NCBI GenBank assembly: GCA_963718085.1
Contig: CAVQYA010000001.1
Span: forward strand, 1,308,592 to 1,372,591
Reading direction: 5' to 3'
DNA from: an uncultured Chloroflexia bacterium
Lineage (GTDB): Bacteria; Chloroflexota; Limnocylindria; Limnocylindrales; CSP1-4
DNA: 64,000 bases
Numbering within the stretch: the first letter of the stretch is position 1; each line of letters starts with the position of its first letter. Both the position numbers and the translations under genes were made by a program. Positions 9,206 to 20,679 of this stretch are shown here, piece by piece. Under the pieces are notes generated by a model. That model was not told the origin of the DNA. It saw nothing but the letters and a program-made list of their open reading frames with translations, and made no database searches.

Positions 9206-10230
9206 GCGACGGAGATCATCGCCGCGAGCTCGGCGAGGTCGATCGGGCGGGCATCCGCCGCGGACTGCAGGAGGCTCGTGGCGATCGCGAGGGCCCACAG
9301 CCCATCCGCCCCGTCGACGACCGGGCGGCCGCCGTCGCGAGCGACGGCCAGGAACGCATCAAGCTCGGCCGCGAGCGGCTCCCGGTTCGCGACCTCGATC
9401 ACCGCCACGTCGCCCTCGAACGTCGTCGCGTAGCCGCGGATGAACGTCGGGCTGGCGATGTCGGCGCGGGTGAACGCGAGACGCTGGGTCAGGTAGTCGA
9501 GCTCGAACATCCCGGCCTCGCCGACGACCGCGAGCTGGCGTCGCTTGGCGGGGGTGAGCCAGTTCACGTCGAGCATCCCGGTCACGCCGGATGGGAAGTG
9601 GAGGAGGCCGAAGAGGAGATCCTCGTGGGAGGCGTTGATGCGCCGAGCGAGCTCCGCGTAGACGCGGGTCGGCCGCTCGCCTGCAATCCAGGACAGGATG
9701 TCCGCGTCGTGGGTCGCCAGGTCCACGGTGACGCCGACGTCCCGGATCCGCGCGGGATACGGACCGGCCCGCCGGCTCGTGATCGAGTAGAGGGTCCCGA
9801 CCCAGCCGTCTGCCAGGCGCCGGCCGAGCTCGAGGACGGCCGGGTTGAAGCGCTCGACGTGGCCGACCTGGAGCGGGACTCCGCGACGCCGGGCGGCCGT
9901 CACGAGGGCGAGGCCCTCCTCGACCGTCGCCGCAAGCGGCTTCTCGACGAGGACGGGCAGGCCGCGCTCGATCGCCGCCGCGGCGAGGACCGCGTGGGCG
10001 GTCGTCGGGGCCGCGACGACGACTGCGTCGAGGGCACCCTCCCGGACCAGGGCAAGGGGGTCGGCCCAGCCCGCCGCGCCCGTCCGGGCGACGGCGTCGG
10101 CGAGCGCGACCGGGTCCGGGTCGCCGACCGCGACGAGCCGGCAATCCGGCCGCGAGGACAGGTGACGGAGGTGGTTGCGGCCCATCGACCCAAGGCCGGC
10201 GAGCCCCACCCGGAGCGGCGCGGCGGCCAT
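9202..10230 (-). CDS. Gfo/Idh/MocA oxidoreductase (WbpB/WlbA-like C3 dehydrogenase)
   Basis: GLGSMGRNH, VEKP, GHVERFNPA, DLATHD; overlaps both neighbours. Confidence 0.88.
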   Translation of the reverse strand: MAAAPLRVGLAGLGSMGRNHLRHLSSRPDCRLVAVGDPDPVALADAVARTGAAGWADPLALVREGALDAVVVAAPTTAHAVLAAAAIERGLPVLVEKPLAATVEEGLALVTAARRRGVPLQVGHVERFNPAVLELGRRLADGWVGTLYSITSRRAGPYPARIRDVGVTVDLATHDADILSWIAGERPTRVYAELARRINASHEDLLFGLLHFPSGVTGMLDVNWLTPAKRRQLAVVGEAGMFELDYLTQRLAFTRADIASPTFIRGYATTFEGDVAVIEVANREPLAAELDAFLAVARDGGRPVVDGADGLWALAIATSLLQSAADARPIDLAELAAMISVA

Positions 10231-11345
10231 CAGGAGAGGCTCCCATCGATCGCGGCCGGCTCGACCGGGGTCGCGACCTCGCGGATCGCGGCGATCACGG
10301 CCTCCAGCTCGTCCTCGGCGAGGTTCGGACGGACCGGGACTGACAGGACCTCGTCGGAGAGCCGGTTCGTGACCGGGAGGTCGAGCTCGGCGGCCCCGGG
10401 CACGAATGCCTGGAGGTACGGCTGCCGATGAACGGGGACGGGGTAATAGATGAGAGTCCCGATGCCGCGCTCCGTCAGTCCATCGATCACCTGCTGGCGC
10501 TCCCCGGGGAAACGCATCGTGTACTGGTGCCAGGCGTGCCCGCGTCCCTCGGGCACTCGCGGGACGAGGTAGCCCGCTAGACCCTCGGTCAGGCGGGCCG
10601 CATTCTGCCGGCGCCGCTCGGTGCGCTCGTCGAGCCGGGCAAGCTGGGCGAGCCCGAGCGCGGCCGCCAGGTCGGTCGGCTTGGAATTCGTGCCCAGCGA
10701 ATCGTGGTGATAGCGGACGCGCATCCCGTGGTTCCTGTCGAGCCGCATCCGGTCGGCGACGGCGTCGTCGTCGGTCGTGGCGAAGCCTCCTTCGCCACTC
10801 ATGAGGTTCTTCGTGGCGTACAGGCTGAACATCGCCGGCCCGAACCGTCCGGCCCGGCGGCCTCGATAGGTCGCGCCGTGGGCCTGCGCGGCGTCCTCCA
10901 CGATCGGCAGCCCGTGGCGCTGCGCTATCTCCACCAGGGGGTCCATGTCGGCCATCAGGCCGTAGAGATGGACGGGCATGATCGCCTTCGTCCGGGCGGT
11001 GACGGCCGCTTCGACGAGGTCGGGATCCAGGCAGAAGTCCTCCGCCCGGATGTCGACGAAGACCGGGAGGGCACCGGCCCGGAGGATCGCGCTGACCGTC
11101 GCGTTGAAGGTGAAGCTGACCGTGATCACCTCGTCGCCCGGCCCGATGCCCAGCGCCCGGAGGACCGCCTCCAGGGCGACCGTGCCGTTGGCCATGAAGA
11201 CGGCGTGCTTCACGCCGCAGTAGGCGGCCCACGCCTCCTCGAACTCGGTTGTCCTGCGGCCCATCGCGAGCATGCCGGACCGGAGGACGTCAATGACAGC
11301 CTGCTCCTCGGCCGGCCCGATGTCCGGCTTCGAGATCGGGATCAC
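10230..11345 (-). CDS. DegT/DnrJ sugar aminotransferase (WbpE/WlbC-like)
   Basis: NGTVAL, PVHLYG, EDAAQAHGA, SLYATKNL.SGEGG, YYPVPVH. Confidence 0.9.
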   Translation of the reverse strand: MIPISKPDIGPAEEQAVIDVLRSGMLAMGRRTTEFEEAWAAYCGVKHAVFMANGTVALEAVLRALGIGPGDEVITVSFTFNATVSAILRAGALPVFVDIRAEDFCLDPDLVEAAVTARTKAIMPVHLYGLMADMDPLVEIAQRHGLPIVEDAAQAHGATYRGRRAGRFGPAMFSLYATKNLMSGEGGFATTDDDAVADRMRLDRNHGMRVRYHHDSLGTNSKPTDLAAALGLAQLARLDERTERRRQNAARLTEGLAGYLVPRVPEGRGHAWHQYTMRFPGERQQVIDGLTERGIGTLIYYPVPVHRQPYLQAFVPGAAELDLPVTNRLSDEVLSVPVRPNLAEDELEAVIAAIREVATPVEPAAIDGSLS

Positions 11346-11983
11346 GTTGGAACCTCCGTGGTGCGTGCCAGGCAGCGGTCGCCGTCGATCTCGTAGCCCG
11401 CGGCGCAGGCCGGGCAGACGGCCGTGCCGGAGGCATCGCCGGCGATTGGCCGCCCGGCGCCATCCACGAGCCGCCGTCCGCAGGCGCAGACCCAGCCGAG
11501 CCGGCGCGCGGGATTCCCGGCAACGAGCGCATGATCGGGGACGTCGCGGGTGACGACGGACCCGGCGCCGACCGTCGCAAAGCGCCCGACGTCGTTGCCG
11601 GCGACCACGACGGCCCCCGCGCCGACCGAGGAACCGGTGCGCAGGCGGATGGGGCTGACAACCCAGTCGTCGGCCCGGGCAAGCTCGCCGCTCGCCGTGA
11701 TCGCCCGGGGGAAGCGGTCGTTCGTGAGGATCGCATTCGGCCCGATGAAGACGCCGTCCTCCACGGTGACGCCGTGGTAGACCAGGGCCAGGTTCTGGAT
11801 CTTCACCCGGTCGCCGATCTCGACGCCCTCGTCGATGAAGACGTCTCGCCCGATGACGCACTCCGCGCCGATCCGGGCCCCGGTCCGCACCTGGGCCCGA
11901 TTCCAGATGCTCGTCCGGGGACCGACGGTGACGTCCGACTCGAGGTCCGCGGACGGGTGCACTCGCGCGGAAGGATCGATCAT
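11342..11983 (-). CDS. Hexapeptide-repeat N-acetyltransferase (WbpD/WlbB-like) with C-terminal Cys ribbon
   Basis: IGDRVKIQN, GVFIGPNAILTND, AGNPARRLGWVCACG..CPAC. Confidence 0.9.
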   Translation of the reverse strand: MIDPSARVHPSADLESDVTVGPRTSIWNRAQVRTGARIGAECVIGRDVFIDEGVEIGDRVKIQNLALVYHGVTVEDGVFIGPNAILTNDRFPRAITASGELARADDWVVSPIRLRTGSSVGAGAVVVAGNDVGRFATVGAGSVVTRDVPDHALVAGNPARRLGWVCACGRRLVDGAGRPIAGDASGTAVCPACAAGYEIDGDRCLARTTEVPT

Positions 11984-12343
11984 CTGCCCGTGGGGCTCCA
12001 TGTGCGGCGCTCGAGGTGGTCGGCGGGCCTGCACGCGCACGATAGCAGTCCCCGGCCCCTCGCCGGGAGCCGCGCCGGTCGGGTCACGCGACCCGGTCGA
12101 ACGCCGGCGGGAAGCTCCCGCGGGCGCCTGCCCGGCCCGCGACTCGCGCGAGTGGTGCCGCAACGCACCGTGCACGCGCTCGCGCGGAACCGAAGTACTC
12201 CCCGGTATTGCACCGGAAGTGTACGATGGCCCGGTCGCGGCGCCGGCGCGCGTTGACGTACAGACTTGCATGTACCCGCGTGCCGTGGATCGGCAGGCCG
12301 TCGGGTGGCCAGGCGGGAGACCCGCCGGGGAGGAGATCGAGTG

Positions 12344-12865
12344 ATGAAGCATCGGACCCGGTGGATTGCCGGTCTCTCGGCCGCGGCGCTTCTCCTGACG
12401 GCGACCGCCACCGCCTTCGGGTACCAGGGCCAGGTACTGGGGACGGTCACCGTCGCCACGCGCAGCGAGGTCGTCTGCAACGTCCCGATCAAGGTGACCG
12501 CAACCATTCTTGACGCAAACGGAGCTCCGGTCGCCGGCCAGTCGGTGGCCTGGTCCTTCGTGACCACCCAGTCCGCGGCGGACAGGATCAACAAGACACC
12601 CACGGTTACGAACGCCAGCGGCGTGGCCACGACGACGGTGACTCTTGGGGACGCGAGTGGCGCCCGGCGGATCCGCTCGACCGCAGGCGACGTGAGCGGG
12701 GAGGCCGTGGTGAGCCCTGCCTGCGGCGGCCTACCGAGCACGTCAACGCTCCCGGACGAGACACCCGGCCAGGGCCCGCCCCTCGCGGCCCTGCTCCTCG
12801 TCGCCCTCGCCTTCGCCGTCGGCAGCGGGCTGGCCCTTCGGCGCCTCGCCGCGACGAATTGCTGA
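12344..12865 (+). CDS. Secreted Ig-like (Big_1/invasin-type) protein with sortase-like C-terminal anchor
   Basis: Signal peptide; VTATILDANGAPVAGQSVAW..TNASGVATTT; then LPSTST, a hydrophobic helix and an RR tail. GGAGGAG RBS. Confidence 0.8.
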   Translation: MKHRTRWIAGLSAAALLLTATATAFGYQGQVLGTVTVATRSEVVCNVPIKVTATILDANGAPVAGQSVAWSFVTTQSAADRINKTPTVTNASGVATTTVTLGDASGARRIRSTAGDVSGEAVVSPACGGLPSTSTLPDETPGQGPPLAALLLVALAFAVGSGLALRRLAATNC

Positions 12866-12932
12866 GACGGCGTCCGGCCGGGCCCGCGTTCACGAGGCGG
12901 TGAGCGGGCCCGGCACTTCGCCCCGATGATCG

Positions 12933-12970
12933 GCAAAGAAGCGCCCCCCGGCCGGGGGGCGCTTCTTTGC
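12933..12970. terminator. Perfect 38-bp palindrome, bidirectional intrinsic terminator
   Basis: GCAAAGAAGCGCCCCCCGG|CCGGGGGGCGCTTCTTTGC is self-complementary with T-rich tails on both strands. Confidence 0.85.
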
Positions 12971-13092
12971 GCTCCGATCACGGCCGTCGCCAGCGTCGTG
13001 GAGCCGACCACGACGGAGCGGCTCACGCTCCGGACGTCGACGTCGTACTACTCAACGGCGCCGCGTTTCGTCGTCATCGCCGTCCCGGTACC

Positions 13093-15072
13093 GTGACCGG
13101 AGATCGCGTCCTCGGCGGCGCCGACCCGCGACGACCGGCCCGGACCAGGCAGCGCGCGGTGCTGATCGCCATTGCCCTCGCGGCCCTCGTGGTGGTCCTC
13201 GCGGGCGCGGCGCTGGCCGCATTCCGCTACCTTCCCGCGCTCGACGAGGCGCGCGCTCTGCGGGGCGACCTCGAGACGATGGTCGAACGCGTCCAGGAGG
13301 CGGGCCTCGGGATCGACCTGGCGACGATCGACGCCCTGGACGCCGACCTGGTCGCCGCTCGCGGGCGCTTCGGCCACCTCGAGACGCTCCTCGCAGGCGA
13401 TCCGCTCGTCGCGCTCGCCCGGGTGTTCCCGCCCACGGCCAGCCAACGTCCGGGGCGCCGACGGCGTCGCCTCCGCTGCCCGGGAGCTGCTCGACGCCGT
13501 CGGTGACGGCCTCTCGATCGGCCGCCGGTTCGTCGAGATGCAGGAGGCGCGGGCCGCCGACCCGAAGGGCGCCTCGGCGCTGTCGCAGATCGTCGAGCTG
13601 ATGGCCACGTCACGTGACCGGGCCGTGGCCGCGGCGGAGGCCATCGCGCGCGCCCGGCAGGCCCTGGCCGCCGTGCCCGACGGGCTGATCGGCCAGGTCG
13701 AGAGCATGCGCGACGCGATGCAGACGCGGATCGAGAAGTACGGACCGCTTCTCGACACGTACGTGGAGGTCAGCGCGCGGCTGCCGACGATCCTCGGCTG
13801 GGACGGGTCCGCGGCGCTACCTCGTCCTGACTCAGGACCCGGCGGAGCTCCGTCCCAGCGGCGGGTTCATCGGGAGCTACGGAATCATCGCGTTCGACCG
13901 CGGGCAGATCACCGAGCGCCGCTTCATGGACATCGCCCCGCTTGACTACACGAACGACTACCCGTTCGCCAAGCCGCCGCAGGAGCTGGCGGACTACCTG
14001 CTCGGGCCCGAATCAGTCGTGGCAGCTCGCCGACGCCGGCTGGTCGCCGGACTTCCCGACGAGCGCGCAGGACGCCCTGCGGCTCTACACGAACGAGTCG
14101 GGCGACGCGCGGATCGACGGGGTCCTCGGGATCACGACGTACACGATCGACGAGCTGCTGAAGGTGACCGGGCCGATCACCGTCCCCGACTACGACGTGA
14201 CGATCGCGTCCGGCGAGACGACGCTCAAGGTCCTCCAGCTGACGCGGGCCGCGTCGCGCCCGGCGAGAACCGGAAGGCGTTCCTGTCCGCGTTCGCGGAC
14301 CGCCTCTTCGCCTCGCTCCTCGCCCTGCCGCCGCGGGAAGTGGGGCGACCTCGCTCGGCACGGCCGACACGCTCCGGCGGCAGCGCCTCCTCGCTTGCCT
14401 GGTTCCGCGACCCGGCGGACCAGGGGCTCGTCGCCGGGAGCGGCTTCGACGGGGCCGTCCGCGGGGATCCCGGGGACTTCGTCTACCCGGTCGACTCGAA
14501 CGTGGCGCCGGCGACGAAGCTGAACGCGTGGACGGCCAGGACGATGGACCTGGCGGTCCAGATCGATGCCGTCGGCAACGCCCGGAACACGCTGGCGGTG
14601 ACCTGGGAGAACCGGGTCGATACGCCCGACGGTGCCGCGTACCGGGCGATGACCAACGTCGGCGGCCGCATTCTCGGGATGTACTTCCGGCTCCTGGTCC
14701 CGGAGCGGAGCCGCGTCGAGGCGGTCTCCGCGGGAGGCCTCGCGCCGGTGAACAACCCGGCCGTCGTCGAGGACGAGGCCGGCCGGATGGCGATCGGGAC
14801 CTACCTCAAGATCCCGCCGGGCCGAGACGAGCCTCGCGTACGCGTGGACGAGCCCGTACGCCGCCACCGCGGACGCGACCGGCGGGACATACCGGCTGAC
14901 CATCCAGGCGCAGCCCGGCATGCTCCCCGGGCCGCTCGCGCTCACGATCCGGGTGCCCGACGGCTACCGGATCACGGCTGCCAGCCCGGGGCTCACGGTG
15001 AGCGGAGACGTGGCGACCATGACGGTGACCTTCGATCGCGACATCGTGGTCGGCGTGCAATTCGGGCGATAG
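13093..15072 (+). CDS. DUF4012 domain membrane-anchored protein (several frameshifts)
   Basis: N-terminal TM and helical region, then YLVLTQDPAELRPSGGFIGSYG, LADAGWSPDFPTSA, IDGVLGIT, VDSNV..TKLN, spread across frames. Confidence 0.8.
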
Positions 15073-15622
15073 GCGCCCCGGACACCGATCATCGATCCGG
15101 TCGCATTGCAGAGCGCTGCGACTTCCAGATCATCGACGAGCCTCCCGATCGGATCCGAAGAGCGGCGGGGACTCTCCGACCCTGCTGGCGATCGCAGGCG
15201 TCCCTGACACTCCGGCTCCCACGGAGACCGTGGCCCGTTGCGGCGAGTCACCCGCTATGCTCTGTCCTGCCAGCAAGAACCCGCCGGTTGCCGAGGAGGG
15301 GCACGTCAGCTGGGAAATCATCGCCATCTCGGCGGGCACAACTGGTGCCCACAGGCGACCACGCGGCTTGTAGGTGCCGGGCGTGGCTGATCCCGAGGTT
15401 GCCTTGGGAGCGAAGCCACCGACTGGCCCGTGCTGGGCTCTCGGCAGGCGTCCATCGCGCACGGCGTCGGGGGCGCCGCTGCCGCCCAACCTCCCGTTGT
15501 TGCTTGCATCGCGGCGCCCGAGGACCGCTTGGCGGGCGGTCCGAGAAACAGTGTGACGGCCCAGCCGACGCGTCTGCTGCTGCGGCCTCGGCCTCGTCGC
15601 TGCAATCGCGCAGGCCCCCGAG

Positions 15623-17017
15623 TTGCGCTACTCCGTTGCACACCCCGACCCGCGGTCCGACGCGGTTCTCGCGTTCCTGTTCGAGACGATTGGCGTTCGT
15701 GCGGTGCGGTGCGACCCACCAGCGCTGTGGGATGGTGCGCACGTGGTGTACGGGCAGGCCGCCCCCACCCGTCCCAACGGTATTTCGATCCCGGAACACC
15801 CGGACGATCTCCTCTGGCCCGAGGTCATCGCGGAGCCTGAGGCCGTCGCCGCTCAGCGGTGATGTCCCGTTCGACATTATCGCCGCCATCGGCTCGTTCC
15901 TGCGTGACGACGTTCATCACGACGCCAATCCCGCGGGGCTTGACGAGCACGGTCGCTTGACCTACGACGGCCAGCTGGCAGGCGAGGGCCGGACTCGGCG
16001 ATGTGCCGATCGTGAATACGTACGTCGCGTACTTCGAGCGACTGGTCCGCCTCCGCCTGGGCCTAGAAGGGACGCCCACGTTGGCCCGAGGGACGCCGAG
16101 CGGCCATCGGCCTGTCACATGACGTCGACCAGCCGGACAAGTACGCCATGCTGCAGTGCCTCCTGCGACCGTGGCGTCTCCGAGGCCGCCCGCGTTCCGC
16201 GATCCGGTGGACCGCAGACCTCGCGCGGGCGCGGTTGCGGGATCGCGCGCCGCGGGACTGGTGGCTCTTCCACGAGGTCATGGGCTCAGAGGCCCGACGG
16301 GGTCTCAGCTCGACGTTCTTCTTCGCCCCCACGCCGTTCCACTCGGCCCAGGGCGCGCGGCTCGACGTCGCCTACGATGTGTCTGCTGCCGAGTTCCGGC
16401 CCGTGTTTCGGGCCTTGCGCGAAGGCGGGTTCGAGGTGGGCCTGCACGCCGGCTACCGGGCATACGAGCATCCGTCGTGGCTGGTCGCCGAACGGCGCCG
16501 CCTGAGCGACGCAGCCGGGACCGAGATCAGGGGCATCCGGCACCACTACTGGCACCTCGGGCCTGATGTCGAGGCGACGCTGCGTTCGCATGAGCAAGCA
16601 GGGCTCGCATACGACAGCTCGCTCGCGTTCAACGATCACCTCGGCTTCAGGAGGAGCGTGGCGCTCCCCTTCCGCCCGTTCGACACCGGTGTTGCGCCGC
16701 CCCCTCCGGACCCTGCAGCTCCCGACGTTCTGCATGGACGGCAGCCTGTTCGATGCGTCGTCGAAGGTGCTGTCGACACGGCCGTCGCGGCCGTCAGCGA
16801 CCTGGTCGAGCGCATCGTCGACTCCGGTGGGATCGGCGCGATCGACTGGCACATCCAGACGTCCTACCCCGGAAACCGGGAGTTCCGCGCCTGGGCGCGT
16901 GGCCTACCAGGCGATCCTCGACATGCTCGCCGGGCGGCAGGACATCTGGGTGACCAATCTCGGGGCCATCGAGCGGTGGGTGTCCCATGCGCGACCGCGG
17001 CCCTTGTCGCCGGCTGA
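15623..17017 (+). CDS. Polysaccharide deacetylase-like protein (frameshifted; ends approximate)
   Basis: LDEHGR, LSHDVD, STFFF, EVGLHAGY, GIRHHYW, YDSSL.FNDHLGFRR, LPTFCMD across frames. Confidence 0.75.
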
Positions 17018-17113
17018 CGGGTGGTACCATGACCGGATCCGGGCGTGGTCGGCTCAGGCGCCTGCAGTCCGGGCGGGACATCGGGTCCGGCAGGTCGATG
17101 AGAAGGTGTGGCG

Positions 17114-18549
17114 ATGCCAGGCGCTCGCCGGGTGCTCATGATCCTGTACGAGTTCCCGCCACTCGGCGGCATCGGCATGTCCCGGAACGTCCGGAATGTC
17201 CAGTACCTGCCGCGCTCATGGCTGGACGCCCGTCGTGATCACTCCGCAGGACGCGAGCACCATCCGGGTCGATGCGGACAGCCTGCGGCTGGTGCCGGAC
17301 GGCGTCGCGATCGTCCGGACGAGGCTCGTCGGGCCTCGAGATCTGCATCGCGCTGCCGCGCTGACCAGGGCGGCGTCCGGTCGTGCCCGCCGCGTGGCGG
17401 CTGCGCTCGGGCGCGGGCGGGGTGCTCCGTCGCCATCGCGGGGCGAGCCGGGGGAACAGCGAGCCTGGACGAGGAGGCGCTCGATCGACACGCTTCGCCG
17501 GACCTCGCGCTGCGGATCCGCCGCTTCCTGCTCTTCCCGGACGAGGCCGTCGGATGGGTGCCCTTCGCCATCGCGGGCGCCTTGGCCGCGCGGCGCCGGA
17601 TCCCGTGCGACGTGATCTTCTCCACGTCGCATCCCGTCAGCTCCCATCTCGCGGCGGGCGTCGTGAAGCGCCTCACGGGCCTCCCGTGGGTCGCCGAGCT
17701 GCGCGACCCGTGGCTGGGCAACCGGCTCACCGAATCCGTCTACGGGGCGCGTCCGTGGCTCCACCGGCGGCTCCAGTTCAAGATCGAGCGGTGGATCGCC
17801 CGCACCGCCGACCAACTTGTCTGCGTCACTCCGTCGCTCGCGCGGATGTACCAACGGCGGTACCCCGGTGCGACGGTGGTGACGATCCCCAACGGCTACG
17901 ATCGGAGCGAAGTCCCGGAGACCGGGTGTTCCGCGGGCTGCGTCCGGGCGATTCCGGATCGTGTACACCGGCACGCTCGACCGACCCGAGGAGCTCCGCC
18001 TCTTCCTCGAGGGCGCTCCAGCGCGCCCTCGACCGACGGCCCGATCTGGCTCACGAGGTCGAGGTCGCGTTCTACGGTGTCGTGACCGATGAGTCTCGGG
18101 CCGTCGCCGCCCGCATGCTGCAGTCCCCTCTGCTCGCGGCGGTTGGTCAGCTTCCACGGTTTCGTGCCCCGTCGCGTGGCACTGCACGCGCTGGCCAACG
18201 CCGATGCCGGCCTCGTGCTGCTCGGTCCGGGCCCGGGAATGGGGGTCTTCGTCAGCGGCAAGCTCTACGAGTACATCGGGCAGAGCAAGCAGGTGCTGGC
18301 GATGGTTCCGCCGGGAGACGCTCGAGACCTGCTGGCGAAGCTCGGATGGGGCGTGATCGCCGATCCGGAGCCGGCGTCAGTGGCCGACGCGATCGAGCGG
18401 CTGCTCGCGACGCCACGCCCCGGTCGTCCAGGCCGATCCGGAAGGCCGGTACGATCGGGCGGTTCTCGCCGGGCTGCTTGCTGATACCCTTTCCGGCGCT
18501 GCCGGGCCACCAGAGGCATGCGGCGACGGCGGCGTCCGAGTCGTGCTAG
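17114..18549 (+). CDS. GT4 glycosyltransferase (frameshifted)
   Basis: YEFPPLGGIG, PDEAVGW, WVAELRDPW, IPNGYD, VYTG, SGKLYEYIG. Confidence 0.82.
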
Positions 18550-18588
18550 TCCAGCTGGCGCATTCGGACGGCAGCGAGAACGCGGGGG

Positions 18589-19832
18589 ATGATGACACGT
18601 GGACGCGGGGCGATCGGGCTGGCGCTCCAGTCGGGTTTCTGGAAGCGCTCGAACGCGCGCTTCCTGGCGTCACAGCTCGCGCCCCGCGCGACACCCGTGC
18701 AGCGCGACGACCCGGAAGCACGTCGACGCGGCGGCGGGCTGGTTGGCGCGAGCCCAGGACGCCAATCTCGACGGGGGGGTGAGCTACGCCTTCCGTCTCC
18801 GGCGGGGATGGGGAGCTTCGTATCCGGAGACGACCGGATACATCATCCCGACGTTGCTGGCCCTGGCCGACTCCACGGGCGATCCCGGCTACCATGCGCG
18901 TCGCGTAGCGCGGTGTGGACTTCCTCCTGGGCCTGCAGCTCCCGGGCGGTGCGTTCCCGGCTGGCACGCTGGCCGAGAAGGAACGACTCCCGTCGGTCTT
19001 CAACACGGGCCAGATCATCAACGGTCTCACCGCCTGGTACGTGGCCACGGGGGATGAACGCGCGCGCCAGGCCGCCTGCGACGCGGCGGACTGGCTGTTG
19101 CGTGTCCAGGACGACGATGGCGCATGGCGGCGCCACGGCTACCTTGCTTACCCAGTCACGTACACGGCCCACGTCTCGTGCTGGTTGGCGGAACTCGGAA
19201 GCGTCCTGGGTGAGCCGCGCTTCGGCGACGCGGCCTCTCGGCACCAGGACTGGGTGCTCGGACAACGGATCCGGTGACGGGATGGTTCGGCCGGTCGGGG
19301 TTCGCGGAGGCGGAACACGACCAGCGGATCGCGATCACCCACACCATCGCGTACACGCTCTGGGGTCTCCTGCACGGCGGACTCGTCCTCGGCCGCGAGG
19401 ATGCGGTGGCCGCGGCCCGTCGCGCAGCGGTGAACGTGGCCGCCGCTCGTCTGCGCGCAGGGCCGGCTGCCGGGGATGCTCGATTCGGCCTGGCGGCCGC
19501 GGTCATCGTGGGAATGCCTGACGGGCAATGCGCAGATGGCCCTCGTGTGGATGCGGCTGGCCGACCTGGAGCCCGACGACCGGATGGAACAAGGCGGCCC
19601 GGACGTGCCTCGACCGTGTCTGCGCCGTGCAGTCTCTCGGCGATTCGAATCCCGGGATCCGCGGCGCGATCCCCGGCTCCCGCCCGGTGCGAGGAGGCTA
19701 CTTCCCGTTCGAGTTCCCCAACTGGGGAGCGAAGTTCTTCGTGGACGCCTGCTCGCCCGAGGGCGCGGCGACACTCGATCGGCGGAGCCGGCGATCAAGT
19801 GCCCAGCGGCGCATGATCGAAGGTGCGCTTGA
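18589..19832 (+). CDS. Alpha/alpha-barrel (prenyltransferase/squalene-cyclase repeat-like) protein of glycan clusters (frameshifted)
   Basis: WLARAQD..GG.S..GW..SYPETTGYIIPTL, FNTGQI, WL..VQD.DGAW, CLTGNAQMA, GGY..FPNWGAKFF.D. Confidence 0.7.
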
Positions 19833-19857
19833 CACTCTTGCCTCGAGATCGACAACC

Positions 19858-20663
19858 ATGGATCTGACCATCATCATTGCGACCGCGGACCGTCCGGCGC
19901 GTCAGAGCAGACGCTACGCTCCGTTCTCGCGAGCATGGCTGCCACCAGACACGAGGTCCGCACCCGCGTGTTCGTCATCGATGACGCGGCGAGCGGGTCC
20001 GCCGAGCCCGTCGCGTCCGCACTTGGCGTCGACTATGCCAAGAACCCTCTTCCGCGACGATCGCCGTAACCCGTCGTCCGCTCGGTCCTGGGGGATACGT
20101 CAGGTCGAGACTGAATTCGTCGGGCTGTTCGACGACGATGACGAGATGTTGCCGGATCACATCCGTTCGCTGACCGGTCGCCTTGCGCGTGGTGCCGATG
20201 TCTGTGCGACCGGATACTGGCTGGCGTATCCGAATTCGGCGGATCCTTGTCGTCTCGTTCGTGGACGCGCGGTCGTCCCGGCGGCTGGCCGCTTGGTGAT
20301 CCTCCTCCGCGACTTCCAGCCGGTCAACGACCAGAGTGTGATGCGGGACCCACGTGGCAGGGTCGGTGACCTGGGACCCGGATCGAGAGAACGAGATGAT
20401 GTACCACGTCTGGCTACAGCTGCTGATGGACGGAGGGCGTTTCGTCGTCCATCCCGCGCCCCTCATACCTGTACCGCCAGCATCAGACGAGCTTGAGCCA
20501 CACTCTGGACGCACGCGATGCGATCCTCCGGGAGCAGTTGCTCCAGGAGTATGGAGCGCTGGCGATCGAGCGGTTCGGTAGGCTGCCAGAGCCCTCGCTC
20601 GGCGTTCGACTCAGGCTGGTGAAGGCCGCCGCAGCGTCGGCGCTGCACCGCGCCGGTTTGTGA
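19858..20663 (+). CDS. GT2 glycosyltransferase (frameshifted)
   Basis: MDLTIIIATADRP, VFVIDD, SARSWG, VGLFDDDDE. Confidence 0.75.
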
Positions 20664-20679
20664 CCGGGAGGGTCCAGAG

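Noticed and set aside
15075-15550. IS remnant or ncRNA in the gap after DUF4012
   Set aside because: No transposase motif, terminal repeats or recognisable RNA consensus could be supported by eye.
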